Shown here: positions 52,328 to 61,794 of the stretch, one piece after another
Layout: each line of letters opens with the position of its first letter
How positions within the stretch are numbered: the stretch's first letter is position 1
Origin: an uncultured Pseudomonadota bacterium
Lineage (GTDB): Bacteria > Vulcanimicrobiota > Vulcanimicrobiia > Eremiobacterales > Eremiobacteraceae
DNA: 64,000 bases
Reading direction: 5' to 3'
NCBI GenBank assembly: GCA_963736005.1
Contig: CAVTNB010000002.1
Coordinates: forward strand, 64,001-128,000
Position numbers and translations under genes: made by a program
The notes under the pieces: model-generated
What the model saw: only the letters and a program-made list of their open reading frames with translations
The model's database searches: none
Told to the model about the DNA's origin: nothing

Positions 52328-52792
52328 TTACGGCCTTTTCTCGAAGCGACCGGTTTTCTCAAGAAGACGAATACGGTAGATAACCGTCGGCAGATTCTCG
52401 ACCTGCGCCCGATGCTGATGCGTGAGATCCTTCGGCGTTTGGCTCGACGCAGGCGTGGCCGTGCGTGGCGCAAGCCGAACCAGCAAATGCACCAGAGCGC
52501 GGTCGGCGTCCGCGCCGCGCAGTTCCTCAAAGCGACCCCACGCGATGACACTGCGCCAATTTGAAAGATCGTCGATCTTGTCGACTTCGAAGCAAACGTT
52601 GGGATTCTCGCGCATCGCGCGCACCTTGCGCCCATCTGTGCTGTGGCCGACAATCGCACCATCATCATAAACGTATGCGATTGGGACGACATACATGCGA
52701 CCTTCGTCATAGCAACCTAAGCGGCCGACGAACTCGCTTCGAAGCAACTCTTCGATCTCTTCCGGACTCAGCTGACCTAACATGTGAGCCAT
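52328..52792 (-). CDS. Pyridoxamine 5'-phosphate oxidase-like flavin-binding protein
   Basis: VGRLGC, YVVPI.Y, G.K...MR.NPNVCFEVD, WRSVIA.G, KTGR. Confidence 0.9.
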   Translation of the reverse strand: MAHMLGQLSPEEIEELLRSEFVGRLGCYDEGRMYVVPIAYVYDDGAIVGHSTDGRKVRAMRENPNVCFEVDKIDDLSNWRSVIAWGRFEELRGADADRALVHLLVRLAPRTATPASSQTPKDLTHQHRAQVENLPTVIYRIRLLEKTGRFEKRP

Positions 52793-52835
52793 TGTAGTGG
52801 GCCTATTCTTCGCGGTTGCGAAGGACGTGTGAAGG

Positions 52836-54005
52836 CTAGGCGAGTTGCTTGCGATAACGCCAGATGCTGAGCGTCATCATCACCGCGGCAAAGCAGAGCA
52901 GGGCGGCGAGGTCGGGCCAAAGCGTGGCGAGGCCGCTCCCTTTGATCAACGCCCCCCGGGCAATGTCTCCGTAGTAGCGCATGGGGTCTAAGAGGGTGAG
53001 GGGCTGCAGCCAACGCGGCATTGCTTCGATTGGCGTAAACGCGCCCGAGAGCGATGTCAGCGGCGGGTTGAGGAAGAAAATAGCAAGTTGCGCTTGCCGC
53101 GCGGTTGCTGCAAAGGTGGCGAGGAACATCCCAATGCTGATGCCGGAAAGCAAGCACATGATCGCCCCGCCGAACACAACGAACATACTGCCGTGAAACG
53201 GCACTTTGAACACAAACCGTATGATGCCCATCGCAAACAACGCCATGGCGCTCAGCAGCCCAAAGAGCGGCACGATCTTCGCAGTGATGATCTCCCCCGC
53301 GCTGGCGGGCGATATGAGGAGTTGTTCGATCGTTCCCGCTTCCCGCTCTTTCACGAGGGTCATGGACGCCAAGATAGAGCCGTTTAGGATCAGCAAGATG
53401 CCAAGCACGCCCGTCACCGTGAACCAAGCACCGACGAGACCGGGATTGTAAAGAAATGCTGGTGCGAGAACTGCTTGCCCTTGTCGCGTCAGGTCAGTCG
53501 TGGCGGTCGTGCTAAATTCCGGACGAAAGCCTGCGCTTGCAAGTTCGCTATTGTAGGCGGCGAGCACGCCTCGTCCATACCCTTCACCGATCGTCGCGGT
53601 GTTTGCATTTGTTGCATTGAGCAGGAACTGGACGGTTGTCGGCCGTCCTCGCCACAGAGAGCGCGAGAAATCGAATGGGATCACGACGCCAGCATCGAGC
53701 GCGCCCTGCTCGATGGCAGCGCCAACTTGATTGACTGAGTCGTAATAGCCGGCAAATCGAAAGCTCTTGCTTTCGGTGAGCGCGGCCACAAGCTCGCGGC
53801 TCTCGGGTGTGTTGCTCTCGTCGACGATTCCCAACGGCAGGTTCGAGACCGTTACGACGAGGACCGATCCAAAAATAAGCAATTGCAAAATCGGCGCTAC
53901 GATAAGCGAGGCCGTCGCGCGCGGATCGCGCCGGAGTTGGCGAAACTCCTTTTGAATGAGCGCGCGCAGCCGGTAGCTGAGCAAGACGTCAAAGAACTTG
54001 CGCAC
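52836..54005 (-). CDS. ABC-2 exporter permease (YbhR-like)
   Basis: KEF.QL.RD, YNP.L, KERE.GTIEQL, LSG..TPIEAMP.W. Confidence 0.92.
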   Translation of the reverse strand: MRKFFDVLLSYRLRALIQKEFRQLRRDPRATASLIVAPILQLLIFGSVLVVTVSNLPLGIVDESNTPESRELVAALTESKSFRFAGYYDSVNQVGAAIEQGALDAGVVIPFDFSRSLWRGRPTTVQFLLNATNANTATIGEGYGRGVLAAYNSELASAGFRPEFSTTATTDLTRQGQAVLAPAFLYNPGLVGAWFTVTGVLGILLILNGSILASMTLVKEREAGTIEQLLISPASAGEIITAKIVPLFGLLSAMALFAMGIIRFVFKVPFHGSMFVVFGGAIMCLLSGISIGMFLATFAATARQAQLAIFFLNPPLTSLSGAFTPIEAMPRWLQPLTLLDPMRYYGDIARGALIKGSGLATLWPDLAALLCFAAVMMTLSIWRYRKQLA

Positions 54006-54010
54006 GGGCT

Positions 54011-55126
54011 CTAGGCTCGCAGCTGCATTCGGCGCATATTGTGCCAAGCTATCCCGTAAAAGATCAAGCCGATCGCGGCGATCGCCGCCACGTTCACCCA
54101 CATGGCCGGCCAACCGCCGCCTTGCAGCAGAGCATCACGCGTCACACGGATGTAATACGTACCCCACACCAAATTGGAAATCCAGCGAAGGTAGACGGGT
54201 ATGTTCTCGATCGGGAGAAGCAGGCCCGAGAGCAAAAACACCAGCAGGTAGCCTCCCAGCGCAACCGTTTGCACGGCTGCAACCTGATTTGGTATGGCCG
54301 CACCAACCATGACACCGAACGAAGCGACGCAAAAAGCGTAGAGAAACGTGGCGACGATGAATGGAGTCGGATCGCCGGCAAAATGCAACCCAAAATAGGT
54401 CAAGAGTAACGCGACCAAGATGAGACCTTCGCAAGCGGCTATGCACATGATGGCAAGAATTTTGCCAAGCAAAAACTCATGAGCCGAGATGCTCGAAACG
54501 TACACTTGGAGTATGGTTTTTTGTTCGCCCTCTTTGGCCATCGCCAGCGCAGCGAGGAGCGTCGGAAACAGCGTGAGGGCGAGCACGAAGATCCCGGGGC
54601 CGTAGAACTTCTTCGAGTCGAGCCCGGGATTGAACCACAAGCGAAAGGCCGCCTGAACCAAGGTCGGACGCGCCGCGGCTCCTGATGCCTCGTTAAAGCC
54701 GGCAACGACTTGACTCGCATAGCCGGCAACGAGCGTTGCGGTATTGGCGTCTGATCCATCGATCAGGATCTGGACGGACGTCTGGCTGCCTCGGGCCATG
54801 TCGCGCCCAAAATGTGGCGGGATGATGAGCGCCGCTCTGGCCTTGTTGGTTGCCAATGCTTCATCCGGTTGTCGGTCGACGGGCCACGGAACAATGCGAA
54901 ATGAGATCGATGCTCGCAAGGCATTGATGAGATCCCGCGATGCAGGCGAATCATCAAGATCTTGCACGACGATTGGGACGTCGTAGACGCTAAAGGTAAA
55001 CGACGTACCCAACAAGACGAGTAAGAGGACCGGGAGCACTAAGGCAAGTGCCAGCGCCAAGCGATCGCGAACAATCTGAATGATCTCCTTGCGGGTTTGC
55101 GCCGCAATGCGCCGCAGTGCGTTCAC
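54011..55126 (-). CDS. ABC-2 exporter permease (YbhS-like)
   Basis: KE.IQI.RD, IDGSDAN, WFNPGL, LLSG..LPIENIP. Confidence 0.92.
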   Translation of the reverse strand: MNALRRIAAQTRKEIIQIVRDRLALALALVLPVLLLVLLGTSFTFSVYDVPIVVQDLDDSPASRDLINALRASISFRIVPWPVDRQPDEALATNKARAALIIPPHFGRDMARGSQTSVQILIDGSDANTATLVAGYASQVVAGFNEASGAAARPTLVQAAFRLWFNPGLDSKKFYGPGIFVLALTLFPTLLAALAMAKEGEQKTILQVYVSSISAHEFLLGKILAIMCIAACEGLILVALLLTYFGLHFAGDPTPFIVATFLYAFCVASFGVMVGAAIPNQVAAVQTVALGGYLLVFLLSGLLLPIENIPVYLRWISNLVWGTYYIRVTRDALLQGGGWPAMWVNVAAIAAIGLIFYGIAWHNMRRMQLRA

Positions 55127-57063
55127 ACCGATACCTCGGCAGTGTTTTCGTCGCGTGCCGCTGACCGCTCGACAGCGCCGATAAACGCGTCTTCCAACGA
55201 GAAGCGCGTTTCTCGCGCTTCGATGACACGGATGTCGTTTTTTGCAAGGAGCTCGGTCAATCTGCGCATGCTTTCGGTGACGTTTCCGTCCACGATCACG
55301 TGCAACCGGTTGCCGAACAGCGAGGCACGCCAGTTTTCTGCGGACGTTCGGAGCAGATCCGAAGCGCGTTGAGGCTGATCGGTCAAGAATTCGAGCAAGT
55401 GGCCCGTTTCTTGAGCCTTGATCTCATTTGGAGTTCCCTCGACCACGAGGCCTCCTGCAACCATCAGGCCCAGCCGGTTGCATTGTTCGGCCTCGTCGAG
55501 GTAGTGGGTGGTCACGAGAACCGCGGCACCGGCATCGGCAACCCGGTTGATCATCCTCCAGATCGAGCGGCGGGCCAGGGGATCGACTCCAGAAGTGGGC
55601 TCATCCAAGAACAGCACCGCAGGCTCGTGCATGATCGCCGAACCAAATGCCACCCGTTGTTTCCAGCCTCCCGGGAGGCTCCCGGTAATCTGGTGTTGCT
55701 TTCCTTCGAGCCCGGAGAACCCAAGCACCCACGCAATTTTCTCCGAACGCTCGGGCTCGCGGATGCCGTACACTGAGGCGTAGAACTCGAGGTTTTCGAC
55801 GATCGGGAGGTCATTGTACAGCGAGAATTGCTGCGACATGTAGCCGATCTGTTGGCGTTGTGTCGAGGAACGACGGCTGATGCGCTGACCCGCGAGCGAA
55901 GCTTCGCCACTGCTTGGTTCGAGCAAGCCGCAGATCATCTTGATGGTTGTGGTTTTGCCCGCACCGTTGGCGCCCAACAATCCGTAGATTTCGCCGTAGT
56001 GAATGTCGAAGCTCACGTTGCTCACTGCGGTGAAGGCGCCGAATCGCTTGCTGAGACTTTTTGCCGAAACGGCAACCTGACCGCGCAGGTTCGTGCGGTC
56101 GCGCCGGCGAGGAAATGGTATGTCAGGCGCCTGGTCGCCTTGCGCGCGCATCGCCGCCACGAAGACGTTCTCAAGCGTCGGCTCCTCAACGTCAAGGCCG
56201 AAAATGGCGACGCCGGCGGCTTGGGTCGCCTCCTTCACGATTGTCTTTTCACGCTCGGGATCGGTGACCAAGATATCGAGATGATCGCCATAGCGCTGGA
56301 CGTCGATGATGCCGGACTGGCCTCCACGATCGGTCGTGAGAGCACGCTCTGCTGCGCTCAAGTCGGAGGCTTGAAGCTCGAGTCGGGTCGCGTGCAGGCT
56401 CGCGCGAAGGGCCTCGGGTGTGCCGAGTTGTTGGATTCTCCCTCGATGCATGAACGCAACGCGGTTGCACCTCTCCGCTTCGTCAAGGTATGGGGTAGCG
56501 ACGAGGATTGTCAAGCCTTCGGCCGACAGGTGTGCCAACGCATCCCAAAACTCACGCCGAGATACAGGGTCGACACCCGTGGTTGGTTCGTCCAAGAGCA
56601 GTACCCGCGGTTCGGCAACCAGCGCGCACACAAGCGAGAGCTTCTTGGTCATGCCGCCGCTAAGCTGCGCCGCCAAGCGGTTCGAAAACCGATCCATCCC
56701 AAACATTTGCAAATAGCGCGTGCCGCGCTCTGCTATCTGCTCCGGAGCCACCAGCCGAAGGTCGCCTACGTAGCGGATGTTCTCGGCGACCGTGAGATCG
56801 GGGTAGAGGGTAAAGGCCTGCGTGAGATAGCCTGTTTGCGATCGAGCCTCACGTGCCGGCTGGCCAAAGATGCTCACCTCGCCCGAGCTAGGTTCCATGA
56901 CGCCCGCAAGGATTTGAAACGTCGTCGTCTTGCCCGCGCCATCCGGTCCAACCAACCCGAAGATTTCGCCGCGGTTGACGTCAAACGTGACACCGCACGC
57001 AGCTTCGAGCGATCCGTACCGCTTGTGCAGATCCTTGACGGAAACGGCGAGCGCGGCGCTCAT
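55123..57063 (-). CDS. Dual-domain ABC ATPase (YbhF-like)
   Basis: Two Walker A motifs (GPDGAGKT, GANGAGKT); DEPTTGVDP and DEPTSGVDP. Confidence 0.94.
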   Translation of the reverse strand: MSAALAVSVKDLHKRYGSLEAACGVTFDVNRGEIFGLVGPDGAGKTTTFQILAGVMEPSSGEVSIFGQPAREARSQTGYLTQAFTLYPDLTVAENIRYVGDLRLVAPEQIAERGTRYLQMFGMDRFSNRLAAQLSGGMTKKLSLVCALVAEPRVLLLDEPTTGVDPVSRREFWDALAHLSAEGLTILVATPYLDEAERCNRVAFMHRGRIQQLGTPEALRASLHATRLELQASDLSAAERALTTDRGGQSGIIDVQRYGDHLDILVTDPEREKTIVKEATQAAGVAIFGLDVEEPTLENVFVAAMRAQGDQAPDIPFPRRRDRTNLRGQVAVSAKSLSKRFGAFTAVSNVSFDIHYGEIYGLLGANGAGKTTTIKMICGLLEPSSGEASLAGQRISRRSSTQRQQIGYMSQQFSLYNDLPIVENLEFYASVYGIREPERSEKIAWVLGFSGLEGKQHQITGSLPGGWKQRVAFGSAIMHEPAVLFLDEPTSGVDPLARRSIWRMINRVADAGAAVLVTTHYLDEAEQCNRLGLMVAGGLVVEGTPNEIKAQETGHLLEFLTDQPQRASDLLRTSAENWRASLFGNRLHVIVDGNVTESMRRLTELLAKNDIRVIEARETRFSLEDAFIGAVERSAARDENTAEVSV

Positions 57064-58265
57064 TGCATTCGGCCGGCCTTGGGCCAAGCGTCGCCCTCAA
57101 CCAATATTTCGCCGTCTGCCGGCATGCCCGGCTTGGCATAGCCGATAGCACCCAAAATGGCAAGCTTGACGCCGAACACCTGCTTCACGCGATCTTCGCG
57201 AAAATACGTGTTTTCTGGGGTGAATGTCGCCTGCGGATCGATGCGCAAGACGTAGGCGTCGATCGGCTGGTTCGGGTTGGAATCGAGGTACACGCGCGCG
57301 TGTTGGCCGACTTTGATCTCGCCAATTTGTTCCTCAGGCACGAAGCCCCGAAGATAGAGCTTGTGCAGGTCGAGCAGGGTGATGATGGGCGTACCGGCAG
57401 TCACCACTTCGCCGGGCTCCGCCGCCCGCGTCATCACGGTTCCCGCAAACGGCGCGCGCACCGTGAGATCCGTGCGGTTGGCTTGCGCTTCTGCAAGTTC
57501 GGCGCGCGCTTCGTTGATCTGTGACGTTGCGCTGGCGATGACCGAGGTTTGTTGAGCGAGTTCACTTTCGATCGCTGAGGTTGCGCTCGCGCGGATGCTC
57601 GGGTTGGCAAGGTTTGCACGGGCGACCGTCAGCGCGCCGCGAGCAGAGCCTATCCGGCGACGTTCTGCCGCAACGACGGCAGCAAGCTGATCCGCCGTTG
57701 ATTCTGATTGTCTTGCGTCACGCTCCGATATGGCGCCCGAGCGCCAAAGTTGTTCATTGGCGTTCTTGTCGAACAAGGCAAGACGATACGCTGCTTGTTG
57801 TTGGGCGTAGTCCGCTTGCGCGGCGGTATAGTTCGCCTCCGCTTCCCGCACGCGCCCATCGGCATCAATCTGCGCCTGCTGTTGCTGCAACACAGCTTGT
57901 TGGAGCTGCGCTCGAAGAATGTTCACTTGTTCGTCGGCGGCTTGGGCACGCGCTTGGGCGTCCGCGACAGAAGCTTGTGCCCTGTCCTCTTGTGCCCGCA
58001 GCTGCGCGTCATCAAGTGTTGCGATGATCTCGCCCGCGCTGACTTGGTCGCCTTCGCGTACACGAACCGCAAGGATTCGGCCGCCTAGCTTTGGCGCGAT
58101 AGCGCTTTCGTCGCCATCGACACGGCCGCTCAAACTGATCACACCGGTGGAACCCCTCGGTGCGAGCAGGCGCCATGCCACAAACGCCACAACGGCGAGC
58201 ACGACCACCAAAACAACCAAACCCAGTCGCCTGCGACGCATCCGCAACGCTGCTTCCGCACTCAT
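57060..58265 (-). CDS. HlyD-family periplasmic adaptor (YbhG-like)
   Basis: N-terminal TM, V.EGD.V..G, coiled coil, AP..G.V, FTP, KPGMPA. Confidence 0.92.
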   Translation of the reverse strand: MSAEAALRMRRRRLGLVVLVVVLAVVAFVAWRLLAPRGSTGVISLSGRVDGDESAIAPKLGGRILAVRVREGDQVSAGEIIATLDDAQLRAQEDRAQASVADAQARAQAADEQVNILRAQLQQAVLQQQQAQIDADGRVREAEANYTAAQADYAQQQAAYRLALFDKNANEQLWRSGAISERDARQSESTADQLAAVVAAERRRIGSARGALTVARANLANPSIRASATSAIESELAQQTSVIASATSQINEARAELAEAQANRTDLTVRAPFAGTVMTRAAEPGEVVTAGTPIITLLDLHKLYLRGFVPEEQIGEIKVGQHARVYLDSNPNQPIDAYVLRIDPQATFTPENTYFREDRVKQVFGVKLAILGAIGYAKPGMPADGEILVEGDAWPKAGRMQ

Positions 58266-58915
58266 GTATTAGGCCCACCCTCTCCACTGCTTGTTAGGGT
58301 CCTGCGGCGACCTCTCGTTAAACGGAGATACGCCAGGGAGAAATCTGCAATGTGATCGGCAATTCGTTCACGCCGCATGGGAAGAATTTTAAAGTGTGCC
58401 ATCCTCATGAAGAACATGACCTGACCCAAAATGCTGTACGTGCACAAGGACGTTCGTTCATCACTCGCTGGAAGAGCAAGAATGCGAGCGACGATCGAGC
58501 GCATTCGATCGTACGCAGGACCAAGGGCGTCCTTGACGAGACGACCGATCGGAAGCGAAGGCTGCGCGATCTCATGAGCCAGCAACTGAAGCTGCCACGT
58601 CTGCGCACTCGAATCGCTAAGGTTTCTGGCCATCCCGGCGATGAGGTTTCGAAGCATCTTCTCAGGATCTACCTTGGTTTCCGAGGCGGGCTCGTCAAGC
58701 TTGGGCCCTGTCCCCGGTATCGCTTGCCGCAGAACTTCTGAGTACAAACCTCTCTTATCGCCGAAGTGATAGTTGACCGCGGCGATATTGGCATGCGCGC
58801 GGGTGCAGATCTCCCGCACCGTCGCCCCCTGGAAGCCACGATTGGCAAAGACGTGTTTGGCCGCTTCGAGGAGATGCTCTCGGGTCGGGTCCTGTCTTCG
58901 GCGCAGGGCTCTCAT
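58262..58915 (-). CDS. TetR-family regulator (CecR/YbiH-like)
   Basis: F...GF..ATVREIC..A..NIAAVNYHFGDK; heads the ybhGFSR-like operon. Confidence 0.92.
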   Translation of the reverse strand: MRALRRRQDPTREHLLEAAKHVFANRGFQGATVREICTRAHANIAAVNYHFGDKRGLYSEVLRQAIPGTGPKLDEPASETKVDPEKMLRNLIAGMARNLSDSSAQTWQLQLLAHEIAQPSLPIGRLVKDALGPAYDRMRSIVARILALPASDERTSLCTYSILGQVMFFMRMAHFKILPMRRERIADHIADFSLAYLRLTRGRRRTLTSSGEGGPNT

Positions 58916-58946
58916 TCAAACATGTATTTTAAATATTTGTTTGAAT
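58914..58946. promoter_or_regulatory. Probable TetR operator
   Basis: ATTCAAACA-N15-TGTTTGAAT inverted repeat, AT-rich, overlapping the TetR start codon. Confidence 0.7.
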
Positions 58947-58948
58947 CC

Positions 58949-59944
58949 CTACAGGCGGCCCTCCAATGTGCGGATCGACTGGGGTGGCCCGGCGGCGACC
59001 AACTCGTCACCCGGCGCCAGCGCGGTATCGCCGGACGGGCCAAACAACATCGTATCGTTACGCTTGATTGCCAAAACGATCACCTGCTTATCGTTGCCAA
59101 CCAAACTCCCGAGCGACAGACCTACCCACCGCGAACCCACCGGTATGGTCACGTCCTCCAGGAGCAGTTCGCTGTTCCCCGCTTGCAGCACGGTGTCCAC
59201 GAACTCGACTGCGGTCGGACGCATCGCGAGGGCGGCCATGCGCCGGCCGCCGATCGTATATGGCGAGAGGATGCGGTTGGCACCCGCGAGTTTCAACTTG
59301 GGCTCAGAGTCGCTTTGGTTCGCGCGTGCAACGATAAACAGGTTCGGTTCTAGCACGCGAGCGGACAACGTAACGTAGATGTTGTCGGCGTCGCTGTCAA
59401 CGGCAGTAACCAGTCCGCGCGCACACTCAATACCTGCCTCGCGAAGCACGAGCACATCTGATGCATTGCCATGCACGACGGTAAAGCCGTCCTGCACAGC
59501 GCGATGCAGCGAGTCTGCGTTAATGTCGATGATGACGAACGGCATTCCTTCGTTTTTGAACTCGCGGGCAATCTCACGCCCAACGCGTCCGTAGCCACAC
59601 AAAATGAAATGATCATGCATACGACGCACCATGCCGCGCATGCGGCGCGCCTCGAACTCCTTGCCGAGATGACCCTCGAATAGGTAACCGATCAGCGCCA
59701 GCAGCGTGTACGTCAGGACGCCGAAGCCGACAACGATCACGACAAGCGTCAACCATCGTCCTGCCGTGTCGAGTGGTCGTGGCTCGCCACCCGTTGTGCT
59801 GACGGTCATAATCGTCATGTACAGCGCGTCGAACCACGACCAGCCTTCGATGACTACGTAGCCAACCACCGACAGCAGCAGTACGGCTACGAGTAAGGAG
59901 ACTGCAATGAGAACGCGCTTTGGGGCGATCGATTGAAAGTGCAA
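58949..59944 (-). CDS. Potassium channel protein, 2TM + RCK (TrkA-N/C)
   Basis: DALYMT..TVSTTG pore region, CGYGRVG, D..NIY.TLSAR, AGA...SPY. Confidence 0.92.
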   Translation of the reverse strand: MHFQSIAPKRVLIAVSLLVAVLLLSVVGYVVIEGWSWFDALYMTIMTVSTTGGEPRPLDTAGRWLTLVVIVVGFGVLTYTLLALIGYLFEGHLGKEFEARRMRGMVRRMHDHFILCGYGRVGREIAREFKNEGMPFVIIDINADSLHRAVQDGFTVVHGNASDVLVLREAGIECARGLVTAVDSDADNIYVTLSARVLEPNLFIVARANQSDSEPKLKLAGANRILSPYTIGGRRMAALAMRPTAVEFVDTVLQAGNSELLLEDVTIPVGSRWVGLSLGSLVGNDKQVIVLAIKRNDTMLFGPSGDTALAPGDELVAAGPPQSIRTLEGRL

Positions 59945-60106
59945 GTGTCCTCGTTATCTGGCCGCTCCTTTGCAGGTTGGGCTAGACTCTACGACAATTT
60001 ATTTCCCTACTACTCCCCACCACTCCGCGAGCCGAAGAAAACCACCCACAAACCAAGAACTCACGAACCTCGACAGGTCAAGCCCTTCAGTGAAATGTGG
60101 GAGAAG

Positions 60107-60266
60107 CTTGGGGCTGATACTCATACCGACGTCGTCGAGCACGTTTAGGGTAGCCGACGATCCGGCGGATTACGTGTTTATCCGCGATTCGAAGGGGGCG
60201 GTCATCGCACTGCTCAGCTTTCAATCTCATCTTCCGAACGATGTACTATCGCCAGCGGTGACTTAG
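60107..60266 (+). pseudogene. Possible gene remnant resembling a DUF3471-like C-terminal domain
   Basis: LILIPTSSSTFRVADDPADYVFIRDSKGAVIALLSFQ with no credible start. Similarity judged by eye. Confidence 0.35.
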
Positions 60267-60340
60267 GCACAGGTTAGCTGCGTAATTTAGACTATCACGG
60301 GAACCCCGCAATCCGCCGTCAAAGGGAGCTCCGCGATTGT

Positions 60341-60434
60341 GGGAGAAGTCTGCGGCTGGTGCCGCTGCTGGTCTTCAAAACCAGTTGGTCTTCGATTCTC
60401 GAGGACTGGTAGGTTCGATTCCTATCTTCTCCCG
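60341..60434 (+). tRNA. selC: tRNA-Sec (anticodon TCA)
   Basis: 8-bp acceptor GGGAGAAG/CTTCTCCC with G discriminator; D-arm GCGGC-TGGT-GCCGC; anticodon loop CT-TCA-AA (60375-60377); 9-bp variable arm; 5-bp T-stem with TTCGATT loop. Confidence 0.96.
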
Positions 60435-60453
60435 CCGGTAATCGTATGTCACC

Positions 60454-61044
60454 TCACGGCATGCCGTAGAGGCCCCCGTTTTCAATATAGATGATGTACG
60501 TGCACGTTTGCTTGGTGCATAAATGATCGTTCGTGATGTTTCGCAGGTTGTCGAGCGTTGGATCAAACGCGCCATTGTCTCGTAGATCCCACGTGCCGTA
60601 TTTCGGATTTAAAGCCGGATTGTCGTAGATATACTTTACCGGTGGGTCGCTGCCTGGGATATAGGGCGTCATATTCAGGTATGGGGGCTCGAGCTTGTCC
60701 AAGGACGCCGGAAACTTCCCACCGTTGTCTACTGAATATTCTTCAAGCGCCGTGGCAATTTGTTTCAAGTTCGATTCGTCTGTTGTGGTCTGCCGGCGGC
60801 GACGGAGTTCGTCCTCTGCGGCAAGCTCGCGTTGCGCAGAACGACGCAGCACTTGCTTACCGATCAGCTCCCCGAGCAGAGCACCGATAAAGCCACCAAT
60901 GAGACCATCGGTCGTCGCGTTCGCCTCTGTGATGCAGCCACAGCGCCCAATGGGGTCGTGCGCAGCGCGCACGTCTGTAGGCGCGGTGGCTACAAAGGCG
61001 GCAATGAACGCAACTAAGACGGCCTTGGCAAAGCATCGGTGCAT
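60454..61044 (-). CDS. Secreted/membrane protein with pilin/GspG-like C-terminal domain
   Basis: SNLKQIATALEEYSVDNGGKFP..L..L...YL; N-terminal Sec-like signal plus a Gly-zipper segment. Confidence 0.7.
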   Translation of the reverse strand: MHRCFAKAVLVAFIAAFVATAPTDVRAAHDPIGRCGCITEANATTDGLIGGFIGALLGELIGKQVLRRSAQRELAAEDELRRRRQTTTDESNLKQIATALEEYSVDNGGKFPASLDKLEPPYLNMTPYIPGSDPPVKYIYDNPALNPKYGTWDLRDNGAFDPTLDNLRNITNDHLCTKQTCTYIIYIENGGLYGMP

Positions 61045-61158
61045 GATTTGGCCGGTTCGAACACTGCGCAAATGAAAGCCTTTCTAAATGGTACGAATCG
61101 GGAGCCGGCGAACCACCTCTTGACCCTCATGGCAAGCTAACCACCAGTGGAGGAAAAC

Positions 61159-61686
61159 ATGCGTTATCGCTTCTTCCTACTCGGCGTGATCGTTGCGGCG
61201 CTGGCCTGTGTGTCACCCGCGGCAGCGCAGCCAAACGGGATGTCCAACGCCATGGCACCATGGCATCCCATCAAAGTGAACTCATGCAACCCGCAGTTAA
61301 ACACCAACGCCTATCCCGGATACGTTACCGGTTACTATCCGCGACTTGGACCCTACGGCTGGTACGATGTCTATGGCGTCCGATACGTGCAACCGGTAAT
61401 GACCGGCAGCGCGCATTTGGGAATCGACTACGTCAACGCCACGCAGAAGGTTATGTCGAGCATCGAATTCGGGTTGCTCGCGCGTGGTTCGTTAGTTGCT
61501 GAAGTGAGAGACGTTGGCACGTTCTCACCCGGCGCAGAAATCAAACACGAGTTCGGCATCAGTCCCAACGTATTTCCGCTGGGAACGGGCCTGCCCGTGT
61601 GCGTGCCGCTGCGCATTACGTTTGCGGATGGCACGAAGTGGAGAAACCCGCATCTCCCGGCTATCCAACGAAGCATCTACCGCTAA
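61159..61686 (+). CDS. Secreted hypothetical protein
   Basis: SD GGAGGA; signal peptide; DVGTFSPGAEIKH, C....FADG..W. Confidence 0.8.
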   Translation: MRYRFFLLGVIVAALACVSPAAAQPNGMSNAMAPWHPIKVNSCNPQLNTNAYPGYVTGYYPRLGPYGWYDVYGVRYVQPVMTGSAHLGIDYVNATQKVMSSIEFGLLARGSLVAEVRDVGTFSPGAEIKHEFGISPNVFPLGTGLPVCVPLRITFADGTKWRNPHLPAIQRSIYR

Positions 61687-61717
61687 CCACCAACCGTTAT
61701 CATCCGCATAGAAGCTC

Positions 61718-61750
61718 AAGCGGTCAGCAAAAGCTGACCGCTTCGTTTTC
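61718..61750 (+). terminator. Hairpin terminator between convergent genes
   Basis: AAGCGGTCAGC-aaaa-GCTGACCGCTT followed by cgTTTTC. Confidence 0.65.
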
Positions 61751-61752
61751 TT

Positions 61753-61779
61753 GCGCGCGAATAAATTCGCGCGACTACA
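61753..61779 (-). repeat. REP-like hairpin, family C
   Basis: Minus strand TGTAGTCGCGCGAATttATTCGCGCGC. Confidence 0.8.
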
Positions 61780-61794
61780 TCTTCTTGCGCGCGA

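Noticed and set aside
55828..57141. Long antisense ORFs (e.g. 437 aa here, 51380-52291, 7724-8527, 2876-3667)
   Set aside because: They are shadows of well-supported genes in GC-rich DNA and carry no motifs.
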